64,000 nt of DNA from Octopus vulgaris (Eukaryota). A program made the translations under genes and the position numbers. The notes beneath the pieces are model-generated. The model made no database searches. It was not told where the DNA came from and saw only the letters and a program-made list of their open reading frames with translations. Position 1 is the stretch's first letter. Every line of letters begins with the position of its first letter. The stretch covers positions 207,266,001-207,330,000 of the forward strand of contig OX597815.1 in assembly GCA_951406725.2 (NCBI GenBank). Direction: 5' to 3'. Below, in pieces: positions 24,143 through 36,620 of the stretch.

Positions 24143-25076
24143 TTATGGTTTCCTATTATTATAACTTTATTTCAGCTGCCTTAGTACCGAGTATCCTCTG
24201 GAGGCCAAGAGTAGCAAGGGCACTTTTGTTTTGCTATGCATGCTAAAATTATCACCATATTTATTCCATTTTAGATGGAGGGTGCTTTCCGCAGTATACG
24301 GGCTATACTCCTCAAGGTTATCTTTTGTAGTTCACTGAGATTGGAGTTACCAGGGAGTTGCTTAATATACTTCTCATCTCTCTTCTTTATCATTCACAAT
24401 GCACCAATTACTACTAGTACTAAGCTTCTACATTTTTGTGATTTCAATTTGTAGATCTTTATAGTGAGAAAACTTTTCATATTCCTTTTGATTTTGTGGG
24501 ACAGACATATCGATTAACAGGCAAGTTCCTCTGTTGTCGTCCTTGATCACAATGTCTGGTCAACTGGAGTCAATTTTTCTGTCTGTATTGGGAAGTTCCA
24601 AACGATCGTGACGCCCTCGCCATTTACTACATCCCCTGGGTGGTGCCTGAATCACTTCGCATGGGATTTAATTTTCTGATATTTACAACCATTCCAGTGG
24701 ATTACTGTCCCAGTCTGTCATGTCTTATGAGGTACTCCTTTTTAGTGAGGACTGGGCAACCAGAAACAACGCGATTAATTGGCTCTGTGAATCTTCCGCA
24801 AATTCTGCACGAGAGGTTAGATCCATCTTTACGGACGTTTGCATGGTAGTTTCTGGTAGGTAAGCTCTGATCTTATTTTTTTCTTCTTTTACTTGTTCCA
24901 GTCATTTGACTGCAGCCATGCTGGAGCACCGCCTTTAATCGAGCAACTCGACCCCGGGACTTATTCTTTGTAAGCCCAGTACTTATTCTTTCGGTTTCTT
25001 TTGCCGAACCGCTAAGTGACGGGGACTTAAACACACCAACATCGGTTGTCAAGCAATGCTAGGGGGACAAACACAG

Positions 25077-25144
<68 letters not shown>

Positions 25145-25365
25145 TGCAATAACAAAACCTTCTGTTTCTCCTTTCAGACCTGTCCCTTGTAGCTATTGGT
25201 ATGTTAGATTTTGATCAACATCTGGCTTGGACAGGTGGTTAAGGTATTTTCCATGCAGGAGTTTACCTTTCAAGTTCTCTTCGATATTATTCATGCGAGC
25301 CTTTTTTGCTTTTTGTTTGACGCTTTTTGCATCAATGATAGGTTTGTCACTATTTGGATCTCTTT
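24143..25365 (-). mobile_element. 5'-truncated R4/Dong-like non-LTR retrotransposon (zinc knuckle plus restriction-like endonuclease), split by a SINE
   Basis: Minus strand reads KLLHGKY...VD...LKGETEGFVIAA|DQSLPTRNY...CRICGRFTEPINRVVSGC...YLIRHD...TDRKI...PDIVIKD...CLLIDMSVP...KEYEK..YKDL...VVIGAL...ELQKITL..ARILRK, with the terminal stop at 24271 and several internal stops and frameshifts. Confidence 0.9.
24875..25141 (-). mobile_element. 3' half of SINE family A plus (CA)n(TA)n, inserted in the R4-like ORF
   Basis: Interrupts the AAQDQ-type motif of the host element. Confidence 0.85.
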
Positions 25366-25505
25366 AGTCTTTCGGGGTCGTTGAAGAAAGTACCAGTGAA
25401 ATATTAGGGTCGATGTAATTGACTAGCTCCCTTCCCCAAACATTTTCAAGACCTTGTGCCTAGAGTAGAAATAATAATTATTATTAAGGTGGCTAGCTGG
25501 TAGAA

Positions 25506-25539
<34 letters not shown>

Positions 25540-25802
25540 AAGACGGCGAGCTGGCAGAAGCGTTAGCGCCCCGGACAAAATGTTTAGCGGCATTCCGAGT
25601 TCAAATTCCGCCGAGGTCAACTTTGCTTTTTATCTTTTCGGGGTCGATAAAATAAGTACCAGTTGAGCACTAGGGTCGACGTTATCGACATATCTCACTA
25701 CCTCGAAATTGCTGGCCTTGTGCCAAACTTTCTTATTATTAAGAAAAAGAATATTAAAAAGGAGGCGTGCGTGTAGAGCTGTTCCTGCGTCGAACGAAAT
25801 GT

Positions 25803-26041
25803 TTTCTCTTTTACTTGTTTCAGTCCTTTGACTGTGGCCCTGCTGGAGCACCGCCTTTAGTCGAGCAAATCGACCCGAGGACTTATTCTTTGTAAGCCTA
25901 TTACTTATTCTATCGGTCTCTTTTGCCGAACCGCTAAGTTACGGCGACGTAAACACACCAGCATCGGTTGTCAAGCGATGTTGGGGGGGGGGCGACAGAC
26001 AGACACATGTACATACACACACAGACACACACACACACATG

Positions 26042-26081
<40 letters not shown>

Positions 26082-26260
26082 AACACATACATATATACGA
26101 CGGTCCTCTTTCAGTTTCCGTCTACCGAATTCACTCACAAGGCTTTGGTCGACCCGAGGCTATAGTAGAAGACACTTGCCCAAGGTGCCACGCAGTGGGA
26201 CTGAACCCGGAACCATGTGGTTGGTAAGCAAGATACTTACCACACAGCCACTCCTACGAC
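25803..26260 (-). mobile_element. SINE family A
   Basis: Full reverse copy. Confidence 0.9.
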
Positions 26261-26775
26261 ATTTCTTCCGGCTTTTCATTGCACCGAGATCGTCTTTCGT
26301 GGCGTAATGAAATAAGTATCAGTTGAAAACTAAGGATCCATGCAATCGACTTCCTCTCCTACAAAATTTGAAGCATTGTACCAAGAGTAAAAAAGAATTA
26401 TTATTATTATTATGTTTTTGTTGCTGTTATTCACCATCATAAAAATTCGGCTGAAATAATGATACAGCCAAATATTTTAACGGTAGGCATTCCGTACGTT
26501 GTGCTCAGCGAACCGTGAAAGCGTATTTGACAGCGTTAATCGATTACAAACGAGCCAGTACGCAAGAGAAAGTGACACATTCTAGATTGACTTGGAAGTA
26601 AATTAAGAGACAGGGACGAAGTATAGTTTATATATGTCCAAGTCAAAATAACAGCGTGGCTAATTTGTCTCCTGCTCATTTTAAGGGCCAAGAATTCATA
26701 TACTTAATTACCAGGCTTATATTAAACTGCATATTAGGTAGCTCGCAAAAATCAAGATATATATATATATATATA

Positions 26776-27050
26776 TGGAGGCGCGGACTTGCGGTCGCAG
26801 GATCGCGGTTTCGATTCCCAGACCGGGCGTTGTGTGTGTTTATTGAGCGAAAACACATAAAAGCTCCACGAGGCTCCAGCAGGGGGTGGTGATCCCTGCT
26901 GTACTCTTTCACCACTCTTTCTCCCACTCTTTCTTCTGTTGGCCTGCTCGCTTAGCCAGCGGGGTGGCGTCATTCGAAGGCTAAAACAATGCGAACGCAT
27001 TGTGACCAGCGATGTGTAACAACATCTGATGGTCTGGTCGGTCACGTGAT

Positions 27051-27058
<8 letters not shown>
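26776..27058 (+). mobile_element. SINE family C with tail 2
   Basis: Family C head (small deletion) and centre, tail ending GGTCACGTGATCACGTGAT; flanked by (TA)n. Confidence 0.9.
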
Positions 27059-27092
<34 letters not shown>

Positions 27093-27095
<3 letters not shown>

Positions 27096-27458
27096 CGCAG
27101 GAGTGGCTGTGTGGTAAGTAGCTTGTTTACCAACTACATGGTTCCGGGTTCAGTCCCACTGCGTGGCACCTTGGGCAAGTGTCTTCTACTATAGCCTCGG
27201 GCCGACCAAAGCCTTGTGAGTGGATTTGGTAGACGGAAACTGACAGAAGCCCGTCGTATATATGCATGTGTGCGTTTGTGTGTCTATGTTTGTCCCCCTA
27301 ACATTACTTGACAACCGATGCTGGTGTGTTTATGTCCCCGTTACTTGGCGGTTCGGCAAAAGAGACCGATAGAATAAGTACTGGGCTTACAAAGAATAAG
27401 TCCCGGGGTCGAGTTGCTCGATTAAAGGCGGTGTCAAATGACTGAAACAAGTAAAAGA

Positions 27459-27460
<2 letters not shown>
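27093..27460 (+). mobile_element. SINE family A
   Basis: AGGCGCAGGAGTGGCTGTGTGG...GAAACAAGTAAAAGAG, within (TA)n. Confidence 0.9.
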
Positions 27461-27493
<33 letters not shown>

Positions 27494-27552
27494 TATACCT
27501 CGCACAGCAATTTATTAAATACGTATGTATGTTTATACCTCGCTCAGAGATT

Positions 27553-27590
<38 letters not shown>

Positions 27591-28619
27591 ATTAATCTGT
27601 CCATCCATGTGTATGTGAGTGTTCATATTTATGTTTATATATCTATGAATGTGTGCTTCTGCCTTTCCATACACACACACATATACACACCACACATATA
27701 TACGCATTCAGACACATACGCAAACGCATACATATTTGTGCGTGTGTCTCCATATCTGTCTCTCTTTTCTCTCTCTCTCATATATATATATATAAACGAA
27801 AGCAATATATACGCACATATGCACACACACAGACAAACCCACATACACGCAGAGCTATTGTTAGTTTCTTTTTCAATACTCTTGTTAACTAATTGAACGT
27901 TTGGTTGAACTAGGAATTAGAAATCTTGGGAAGAGTGTTTTGAACAAGTGATTATCAGGAAAATACTGCCTAGAATATAACAGAGAGGAAAAGTAATCAT
28001 AGTTTAGATATGTTGTATTTCGAAGGTTTGTTTCCAAGGCCCTATCATTGATGCAAGATGGTATATGCCTTACAATAATTGCAGATTGGGCGTATGCGTG
28101 TAGGCATCTTCAAAATACAGAAAATCATAGCTCTTTACTTGGAAATTAATACCTTGTGTAGTAAATTATGATCGGCGAAAAGAAGAATGCAATTCTACTG
28201 ATTATAAGCAATTTTTCATTAAATGTTATGTTGAACATTTGCAGCATCGGTGCACGATATATATATATATATGTATGGATATATATATATATATATGTAT
28301 GTATGTATAAACCACCATTCATTAATTTGTTTAGGATGGGTGTTATCACTGAACTAGTTTGAGGATTCTAATTAAAACTTTATATATGTTTCTGAACAAA
28401 CTATTTTGTTAATTACCTGTATGATATGTTGTATAGTTCAAATATTCATTACTAGTATAAAAGAAGTCACTAAGTTATCTGTGAATTAAATACGAAGAGG
28501 TAAAGTACTATATCTAAAATGATGGGACGTTCAGTTTGGCGTATTTGAATCTTACTATGACTTGACTCGGATATCTGGCTGAGATCTCTTTGAATAGTAG
28601 TGGTTATTGCTAAGTGTGA

Positions 28620-28840
28620 GCGAATGGATCCAGTCCTCATAGTGGTGTGCTGGCTTGTGTAATTCAAATGACCCTAAGATCTACGCCAGCGGAGCGCAAC
28701 TCCTAGTAGGGTTTCCTGTGCTGGACAAGTTAAAAGACGGAAGCCAAACTAATATGGATTACCTCTTTCCAGATGTAAAGATAGGTTTGCTTGTGTGTCA
28801 TCAACCCTATTAAGAAGAAAAAGAAAGCAGAATCACAGAA
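28620..28840 (+). mobile_element. Possible degenerate RTE-type LINE 5' UTR
   Basis: AATGACCCTAAGATCTACGCCAGCGG...TAGTAGGGTTTCCTGTGCTGGACAAGT...CAACCCTA resembles RTE 5' leaders as remembered; not verified. Confidence 0.45.
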
Positions 28841-29741
28841 GTATCAATGACAATTTAAGACCAACGATAATCGGGAGATGATAGCCTAAAAGATCCAAAG
28901 TTGAGAACAGTGGAAAAAAGTCTTCGAAGGCCTGTTCTCTACAGGGAGTGAATATTCTTAAGTAAGCAATGATTCCACGCAGATATCTGAACGGATTTCT
29001 ACGACCTTGAGATCTCTTTAGATAGGAAACAGAAATGATAGTTATTGCCAAGTGTGTGAACGCGTTAGGTATAAACAGGTATTAGCAAAATATCAGCAGT
29101 TTGTTAATTATGGAATTAGAATAATTTTAGAACTCATTAGTTATTTTTTTTACTATACTGGCAGATAGATATAAGTTGAGAAGATAAGCAGATTGCCTGA
29201 CCAGCGGAATACAAACCGTTACAGTAACGTCAGATTAACTAAGTGTATGACAGATGGCTTCTTCGGTATGGATGACATAGGCTGGTAAGAAATAGAAGAT
29301 GAAAAAAAAATAATATATTGCTGTTGGAATAAAAGATGGTTTAGACTGAAGAATTTATGGCACCAGGGCAATGTGAGTTGAAATAGTAAGAAAAAAAAAC
29401 GATGTAAATTGTATTAGAGTAATATGAATTAATGCCTGGATGTAAATAAATTATGCCGTGTACAAGAAAATCCGGTTTAAATGTCAAAGCTGAGAAAAAC
29501 TTTCTCGCAATTGCTATGAATCATTGAACGGTCTAATAGTCACCTCCTGAGATTTAAAATGTTCAGCGAGGAGCCAGTTGATGGATGCATTTAAAAAGAT
29601 CATACCGATGGATATGAATTTATCTGACTTAATACATCCAGCTATAATACACGCACTCATACACACACAAATACACATCTCTCTCCCCCATCCAATCCTC
29701 TGTCTATCTGTATATCTGTATATCTGCCTGTTTGCCTATGC

Positions 29742-29822
<81 letters not shown>

Positions 29823-30181
29823 AATTTAAAATAATAAGGGTGAAAAATTGAATATTAATTTGATCAATATCAATTTAAAACCAGTGTCTAGCATATTGAA
29901 AAATCTGAAAGATTCATCCCTCTTATATGTCTCTCTCTCTCTCTCTCTTATTCTTTTACTTTTTTACTTGTTTCAGACATTTGACTGCGGCCATGCTGGA
30001 GCACCGCCTTTTGTCGACAAAAACAAAGATAATAATTCCCTTATTTTTAACCATTGCAGATTAATACATAGAATGTTATAAAAGATGTTATAAAAACATG
30101 GAGTGATGTACATATAAGAAGAGTATATTAAATATGAGGGGACGTATTTCTTACTATGTACACAAATATGTAAATGAGTAC

Positions 30182-30214
<33 letters not shown>

Positions 30215-30221
<7 letters not shown>

Positions 30222-30507
30222 ACCGACCAGTCCATCAGATGTAGTTACACATCGCTGGTCACAATGCGTTCGCATTGTTTTAGCCTTCGAATGACGCCAC
30301 CCCGCTGGCTAAGCAAGCAGACCAACGGAGGAAAGAGTGGGAGAAAGAGTGGTGAAAGAGTACAACAGGGATCACCACCCCCTGCCGGAGCATCGTGGAG
30401 CTTCTAGGTGTTTTCGCTCAATAAACACTCACAACACCCGATCTGGGAATCGAAACCGCAATCCTACGACGGCGAGTCCGCTGCTCTAACCACTGGGCCA
30501 TTGCGCA

Positions 30508-30510
<3 letters not shown>
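30215..30510 (-). mobile_element. SINE family C with tail 2
   Basis: Reverse match to 26776-27058. Confidence 0.9.
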
Positions 30511-30606
<96 letters not shown>

Positions 30607-31059
30607 TATATAGTGAATGTGTATGTGCGTTTGAAAGGAAAACCCAGTAAATGACATTCAACTTTATATATTACTTTAGTTCACGCACGCCAGAAAATTT
30701 CATAGTAAAATAGTAACAAGTTTAGCCTAAAAGAATGTCAAGGTGAGGTGACACCCGTTCTATGTCACCAAGCAAATAAAACTTGAGCGTCGGTGCTAAA
30801 ATCACAAACCTCCGCTATGAGGATGAAAACATTTTAGCGGGTAGCGTAAATGTAGTTTCCTTTTATGTAGGATTGAATGTCCATACACACATACACGCGC
30901 GCGCGTGTGTGTGTGTGTGTATGCGTTATATGTGTGTGTGTGTGTGTCGATGTTTGCACCTCTTTATCTGTCTATACATATACATGCACATGTATATATG
31001 TATACATGCATGTATGTATGTATGTATTTTATTCAGTTTCATTACAAGATTTTTTTGCC

Positions 31060-31204
31060 AGTGGCTGTGTGGTAAGTAGCTTGCTTACGAACCACGTGCT
31101 TCCGGGTTCATTCCCACTGCGTGGCACCTTAGGCAAGTGTCTTCTACTATAGCCTCGGGGCCTTGTGAGCGGGTTTGGTAGACGGAAACTGAAAGAAGCC
31201 CGTC

Positions 31205-31243
<39 letters not shown>

Positions 31244-31468
31244 TGTGTGTGTGTGTATACGTTTCTGTGTGTGTGTTTGTCCCCTCAACATCGCTTGACA
31301 ACCGATGCAGGTGTGTTTACGTCCCCGTCACTTAGCGGTTCGGCAAAAGCGACCGATACAATAGTACTAGGCTTACGAAGAATAAGTTCTGGGGTCGATT
31401 TGCTCGACTAAAGGCGGTGCTCCAGCTTGGCCACAGTCAAATGACTGAAACAAGTAAAAGAGTAAAGA
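31060..31468 (+). mobile_element. SINE family A
   Basis: Family A layout with internal (TA)n. Confidence 0.9.
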
Positions 31469-31567
31469 CCCAATTTCTAACCTAGATCCAAGGCTCCTTC
31501 ATTGGAATTTCAACAAAATCAACAGGCTATTTGTGTCTGTATCTATACATTATGTGTGTATGTATGT

Positions 31568-31959
31568 TATTCGCTTTGTCTTTTTATTTTAGAGTAAGTT
31601 TTGACCGGCCACCTACTTGGTAGCAAGGTTGTGAAGGAAAGCGTTTTATTTTAAGCCACCATCCTTTAAATCTTACGAAAGTCTGGCAGATTTTTTAGGT
31701 CCAGATATCGCGTTCATTTGTAGTGTATGAATTAAGGATTCGCGTTCTCTCTTTAAGATCCCAAGATCAGCCATACTTCGCTCCAAACCGGTTGGTATGT
31801 ACCCTGTTGCTCTAAAAGCAATAGGTATGAAGTTGAAAGTGTATGTCGTGTACTGGGTTTGCGAACTCCTTATCAATGGTCTATAGATGTCTTCTTTCTC
31901 TGACTTCTGTAATAGAACATTTCTTTTCCTTGCGGTCTAACACAACAATATTTGTCCGA
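31568..31959 (-). mobile_element. 3' fragment of a second restriction-like-endonuclease LINE family
   Basis: Reads RTNIVVLDRKEKKCSITEV..EKEDIYRPL...YTFNFIPIAFRATGYIP...LG...LIHTLQMNAISG (cf. RPDIVV...IEV...EK..Y...P...GA.G), followed by a short 3' UTR. Confidence 0.7.
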
Positions 31960-32109
31960 TTATATGTATGTATGTATGTATTTAAGTATGTATGTATGTA
32001 TGATATATGTATGCATGTATGTATCTATCTGTATGTGTGAGTATACAAATATACAATGTTCAGATAGTCGCTTATACGTATACATTATATACTTGTTCAC
32101 AGAAGATTA

Positions 32110-32600
32110 GTCAGGAGCATATGAGACGAGGTAGTGAAGCTTGATATTCGGATGTTGAGACTCACGGAGGCGCAGACAAGTAACCGAGACCTTTGGCGAT
32201 ATGCTGTGCTCGAGAGGACTCGTCAAGCCTAGTGAAATCGTAATCGTGGCCGTTGGAGGTGACACTCGTGAAATTGTGATCGTGACGGTGGTCAGTAGCC
32301 TATTCTTCGAATGGTAGGCGTGACGGATGCTATGGCGAGAGACCGAGAGCGTTTGCAATATGCTGTACTGAAAAGACTCGTTAAGTCAAGTGAAACCGTA
32401 GTCGTGGCCGTTGCCGATGTCATGTATCTGACATCCGTGCTGGTGACGCATGAAAAGCACCCATTACAGTCTTGGAGTGGTTGGTGTCAGAAAGGGCATC
32501 CAACTGTAGAGACCATGCTAAATCAGACTGGAACTTGGTGCAGCTCTCCAGTGAAACCGTCTCACCCATGCTGCTAGCATGGTAATGATGATGATGATAG
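32110..32600 (+). mobile_element. RTE-clade LINE 3' end with an internal duplication and (GAT)n tail
   Basis: Reads *DEVVKLDIRMLRLTEAQTSNRDLWRYAVLERTRQA* (cf. WxExVxxD...DRxxWR). The segment near 32170-32255 is repeated near 32325-32415. Confidence 0.7.
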
Positions 32601-32621
32601 TGCGTGTCTGTTTCCATACAC

Positions 32622-32692
<71 letters not shown>

Positions 32693-32693
<1 letters not shown>

Positions 32694-32835
32694 TTTATTT
32701 AAAGCAGCAGAAAATTCAACAAAACCTGTTACTCTGAGTTTCCCGTTGCCGTTCATCGGACAGCAAAAACTGTCCGATGAACGGCAACGAACTCAGGTAC
32801 AGGTTTTGTTGAATTTTCTGCTGCTTTAAATAAAG
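32693..32835. repeat. Foldback palindrome (~70-bp arms, CAAAAA loop) containing a hammerhead-like motif
   Basis: Arms CTTTATTTAAAGCAGCAG...TTCATCGGACAG and CTGTCCGATGAA...CTGCTGCTTTAAATAAAG, with small indels in the right arm. Confidence 0.9.
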
Positions 32836-33838
32836 CATATTACTCTACCACTGGTATTTGAGTACTCTTTTTTCCACCTTGTTTCAACATTTATGTGTTT
32901 ACTCCGGTATATATATATAGGCAAACACATACGCACTTATGTATTTGCGACTATGTATATACATATTTGCCCTGTAATTTGTTTTATTTGTATAATATTA
33001 GTTGCTACACTTCCATTTAAAACCTGAACCAACAAAGTGCTGAAACATATCACCGGTTTGTCGACTCGGTATTTGTGTATTATAAATAAGATCATTTTTC
33101 TGTAACTAGTCAGAATTTTGCTTACTCTCTTATAATCATTTCGAACGGTTGATTTGCAGAATTTGTTTAAGAATGGGGAAAAGTTCCTCGTAATGTTTCT
33201 TTATAATTTTGAATGTTATGATTTCAAAACTAGATCCCTGCGAGTCGATGTTTTTGAGAGTCACTAAAATCAGTATCTTTCAGGTTTGAAGGCGGCAAAC
33301 TAGCAGAATCGTCAGCACACTGGGCGAAATGCTTTGCGGCACTTTCTCCGTCTTTACGTGCTCAGTTCAAATTCCGCCGCGGTTGATAAAAGAAATACTA
33401 GTTAAGCACTGGGTTCGATGTAATCGACTTAACCGCTGCCTCGAAATTGCTGGCCCTGTGCATAAATTTGAAACCAATGTTATTTCAGGTTTGAATTCAA
33501 TCATGTCAACAATACCGTCCTTCAAAACTTGCGAGTTTGTACCTAAGAATAAACGTGTATATTTCCCGAACTGCAAAAGAGAATAGGAAATTTTATTTTA
33601 CATCTCACCTTGAAAATATGAAAAATGGAAGGACAATTTATATAATCACCTTATAAGATTGTCTCTACGGATCTTCGATAGGAATTATAGCCAGCACGGC
33701 TTTGTTACGGCACTGATTTAATTTGATCTTGATTTGAAAAGTGACTTAGAAAGTGATTTAAAAAGTGATTTATTTGCAGTGCTAACACGGTAGGACACAG
33801 TGTTGACTTCAAAAACATTTGATATATTTTATAGTATA

Positions 33839-34226
33839 CTAGCAGTATCGCCCGGCGTTGCTCGGGTTTGTAAGGGAAATATCTATTTTAGCATTTTTAG
33901 AGAGTTATAGCAAAAAAATGCATTAAAAATGGAAACAAAATGATGGTAAATTTTTTTTTAAATCGTTGACTCATTGTAGACATTTTTAGAGAGTTACTTC
34001 CCTTATATAATAGCGAAAAAATGCATTAAAATGGAAAAAAATGATGGTAAATTTTTTTTAATCGTAGACTCATCGTAGACGCGCGCTAATACCCAGAAGG
34101 GCTCGATATGAATCACGACTATAAGATACCCGGTTTTGGTTAAACTGCACCGCAAAATGTGGGAGTAGTTAGGAATCTAAATCGTACGAGACAGACAGCA
34201 CACAACCTCACTTTTATATATAAAGA
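33839..34226 (-). mobile_element. Non-autonomous Helitron
   Basis: TC...hairpin...CTAG on the minus strand, between A and T. Confidence 0.85.
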
Positions 34227-34961
34227 TTTCTAGATACCACATAAAAAACTACTTTGTCAGCAGACTGAAATATCATTGATTAGGTGCCTACTTAATCAAA
34301 GTTAAGCCGCATTAAAATAACTTATAACAACAGACAATACGCCATGTTTCTGTTTGCACTTTTCATATCGAACCTTCTTGTAAATATTCTTTTTCACTTC
34401 TGTTATACATTTTGGTTGCTTTCATTATTATTATTCTGCTTTTTAAAAGAAATAATCTTTTAGTAATACCGACTCGTTAACTAGGCCTCGTAGGCTGGTG
34501 GCCTCGTAACTGGGACTCATTAACTGGGTCTCGCAGCCACCCTAAATTTGGAGACTTGGCTCTAATGCTTCACGAAAGTAGATTCCGCTCATAATTCCAT
34601 GTGGGGTTGTTACGCCGAATGATAGATTAAATGCGCAACCCAAAGATGCCATGGTGGTAATTGAACTCAAATCGCAAAGGACAAAAGCGAATCCAAGAAG
34701 GCATCCGGTCTAACAGTTCTGTCAATCTGCCATCCGAAAAGGCGAAAGGCGAAACTGGCTTCAGCGGGATTCGAGTTTCAGCGCAGAGTTGAAAGAAATA
34801 GCACAAGGTATTCTTTTCGACGCTCTAACAAATCTACCATTTCTTTTGCCCTAGTTCAGCCTTGATAAAAACAGACCTATGACTAACGGCGTTCCCGTTA
34901 TGGCCATCCCTCCGTTCTCTCAAGCATTACATATATCGGAATACATAATGTAACGTATTCC

Positions 34962-35176
34962 GGAGGCGGAGAGGTAGCAGAATCATTACCGTGCCGGACA
35001 AAATACTTAACGGCATTTCGTCCGGCTTTAGATTCTAAATTCAAATTCCGCCGAGGTCGACTTTGCCTTTCGCCCTTCGGAGTCGATAAAATAAGTACCA
35101 GATTAATACTGGTGTCGATGTAATCAACTTACCCCCTCCCCCAAAATTTCAGGCCTTGTGTGTATAGTAGAAAGGG
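34962..35176 (+). mobile_element. SINE family B (B2 tail)
   Basis: Family B core plus CCCCAAAATTTCAGGCCTTGTG tail. Similar copies lie at about 25541-25735, 33289-33480, 43915-44100 (-) and 50970-51345. Confidence 0.8.
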
Positions 35177-35819
35177 TTTTCTGTGTTCCTATCTTCTCAG
35201 GATGCTCGAGTTCTGTTTCATATTACTATGAAGACAAGCTAAATAGAAAGGGTTTCTTGTTGGCTCGCATAAAGCATCATTTTTATTAGCCATATGTCTA
35301 TTCTATTCCAGTTTCGATAAGACAAGTGAAGGAACTATTCTGCTTGAAATATGAGGCATAGAGTTCGTGCAGCATATTAGCGCCTCTCTTGTCACATAGC
35401 TTACTAAGAAAATATTTAGATTATAACACCAACATTAGTATTTTTGCAGCAAGACGACCAAATGTGTTTTAAGAATATGAATATGTTATGAACATTAAAA
35501 ATGCTTTCACGTACTGAACTGTTTGCATAATTATGCTACACAGTGTTCCATTTCATTACATACGCACCCGCATATACACAGTCGTGTAAACGGAAGAAAC
35601 GATGCACACATCAAGTTTGGTGGTGTTTAAACACACACACACACACACAAATACACACACACACAAATACACACAAGCATGGAGGCATATGTACGTGTAT
35701 ACAGATACCTATGTAATTATTACACACATACATGTTTATATATGTGTGTATGTACAAGTATAGACGTTGGTAAATAGATTTTATATCCACACACACACAC
35801 ACACGCACACATATATATA

Positions 35820-36462
35820 CAGGGTGGGGCATAAAGGACGGACGTTTTTGAGATGGCTATTACTCAGCTCCAGGAAGAGGGACATATGTTCGTCAGGTAC
35901 CATTCGGTTCGTGGTGTCTTATTTTTTTATTTTCAGGTAAGCCAGGGCACTGTGGACGATAGAGTACCGCGTGTTTGCCTACGACAGTTACGTGAAGAAT
36001 AACGAGTCTGTCGCATCAGTTCAGCGTGAGTTTCGACGAAACTTCAACATTCACTGAAATCAGGCTGTTCCCACCCGTAACACAATCTTACGTTGGGTGA
36101 ATGCACTTCGTACACGAGTTACACTAATAAATAGGAAACCGGTGGGGGCGCCACGAACGGTACGGATCCCGGAAAATGTGAAACACGTCAGACAAACTTT
36201 GATACGGAGTCCGAATCGCTCTCTTGGAGGCATTCCACTGAACTTGGCATCGGTAACATGGCATGAAGACTTGCATTTCCACCGATACAAATTGTCAGTG
36301 GGTAATGGCTGAAACCATGGGACTATGCACAGCGGCTTAACTTCGCGTTTCCACACTTGATTTTGACAAATGGTAATTCAATGCAAACACATTGATGTCA
36401 ATAAAATTTGTTTGCAGCCCAAAATTAATGATTTCGTGAAATTTTCAAAAATGTTCGTCCTC
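35820..36462 (+). mobile_element. Internally deleted Tc1/mariner element (DUF4817-type N-terminal HTH transposase remnant)
   Basis: Left end TA|CAGGGTGGGGCATAAAGGACGGACGTTTTTGA; partial right TIR TCAAAAATGTTCGTCCT near 36445. From 35944 it reads ALWTIEYRVFAYDSYVKNNESVASVQREFRRNFNIH*NQAVPTRNTILRWVNALR...GAPRTVRIPENVKHVRQ...SPNRS, with no catalytic domain. Confidence 0.85.
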
Positions 36463-36620
36463 TCTATAATGTATATAGACACGCACAATCACACACACAT
36501 ACATAATACATACATGTGTGTGTGTGTATGTGAACTTATCCCATCACGATGCCATGCGTCGGCTACTAGCAATATAAGTATTCCAAAAAATAAATTTAAT
36601 TCTATGAAGAAGAAAAAAGT

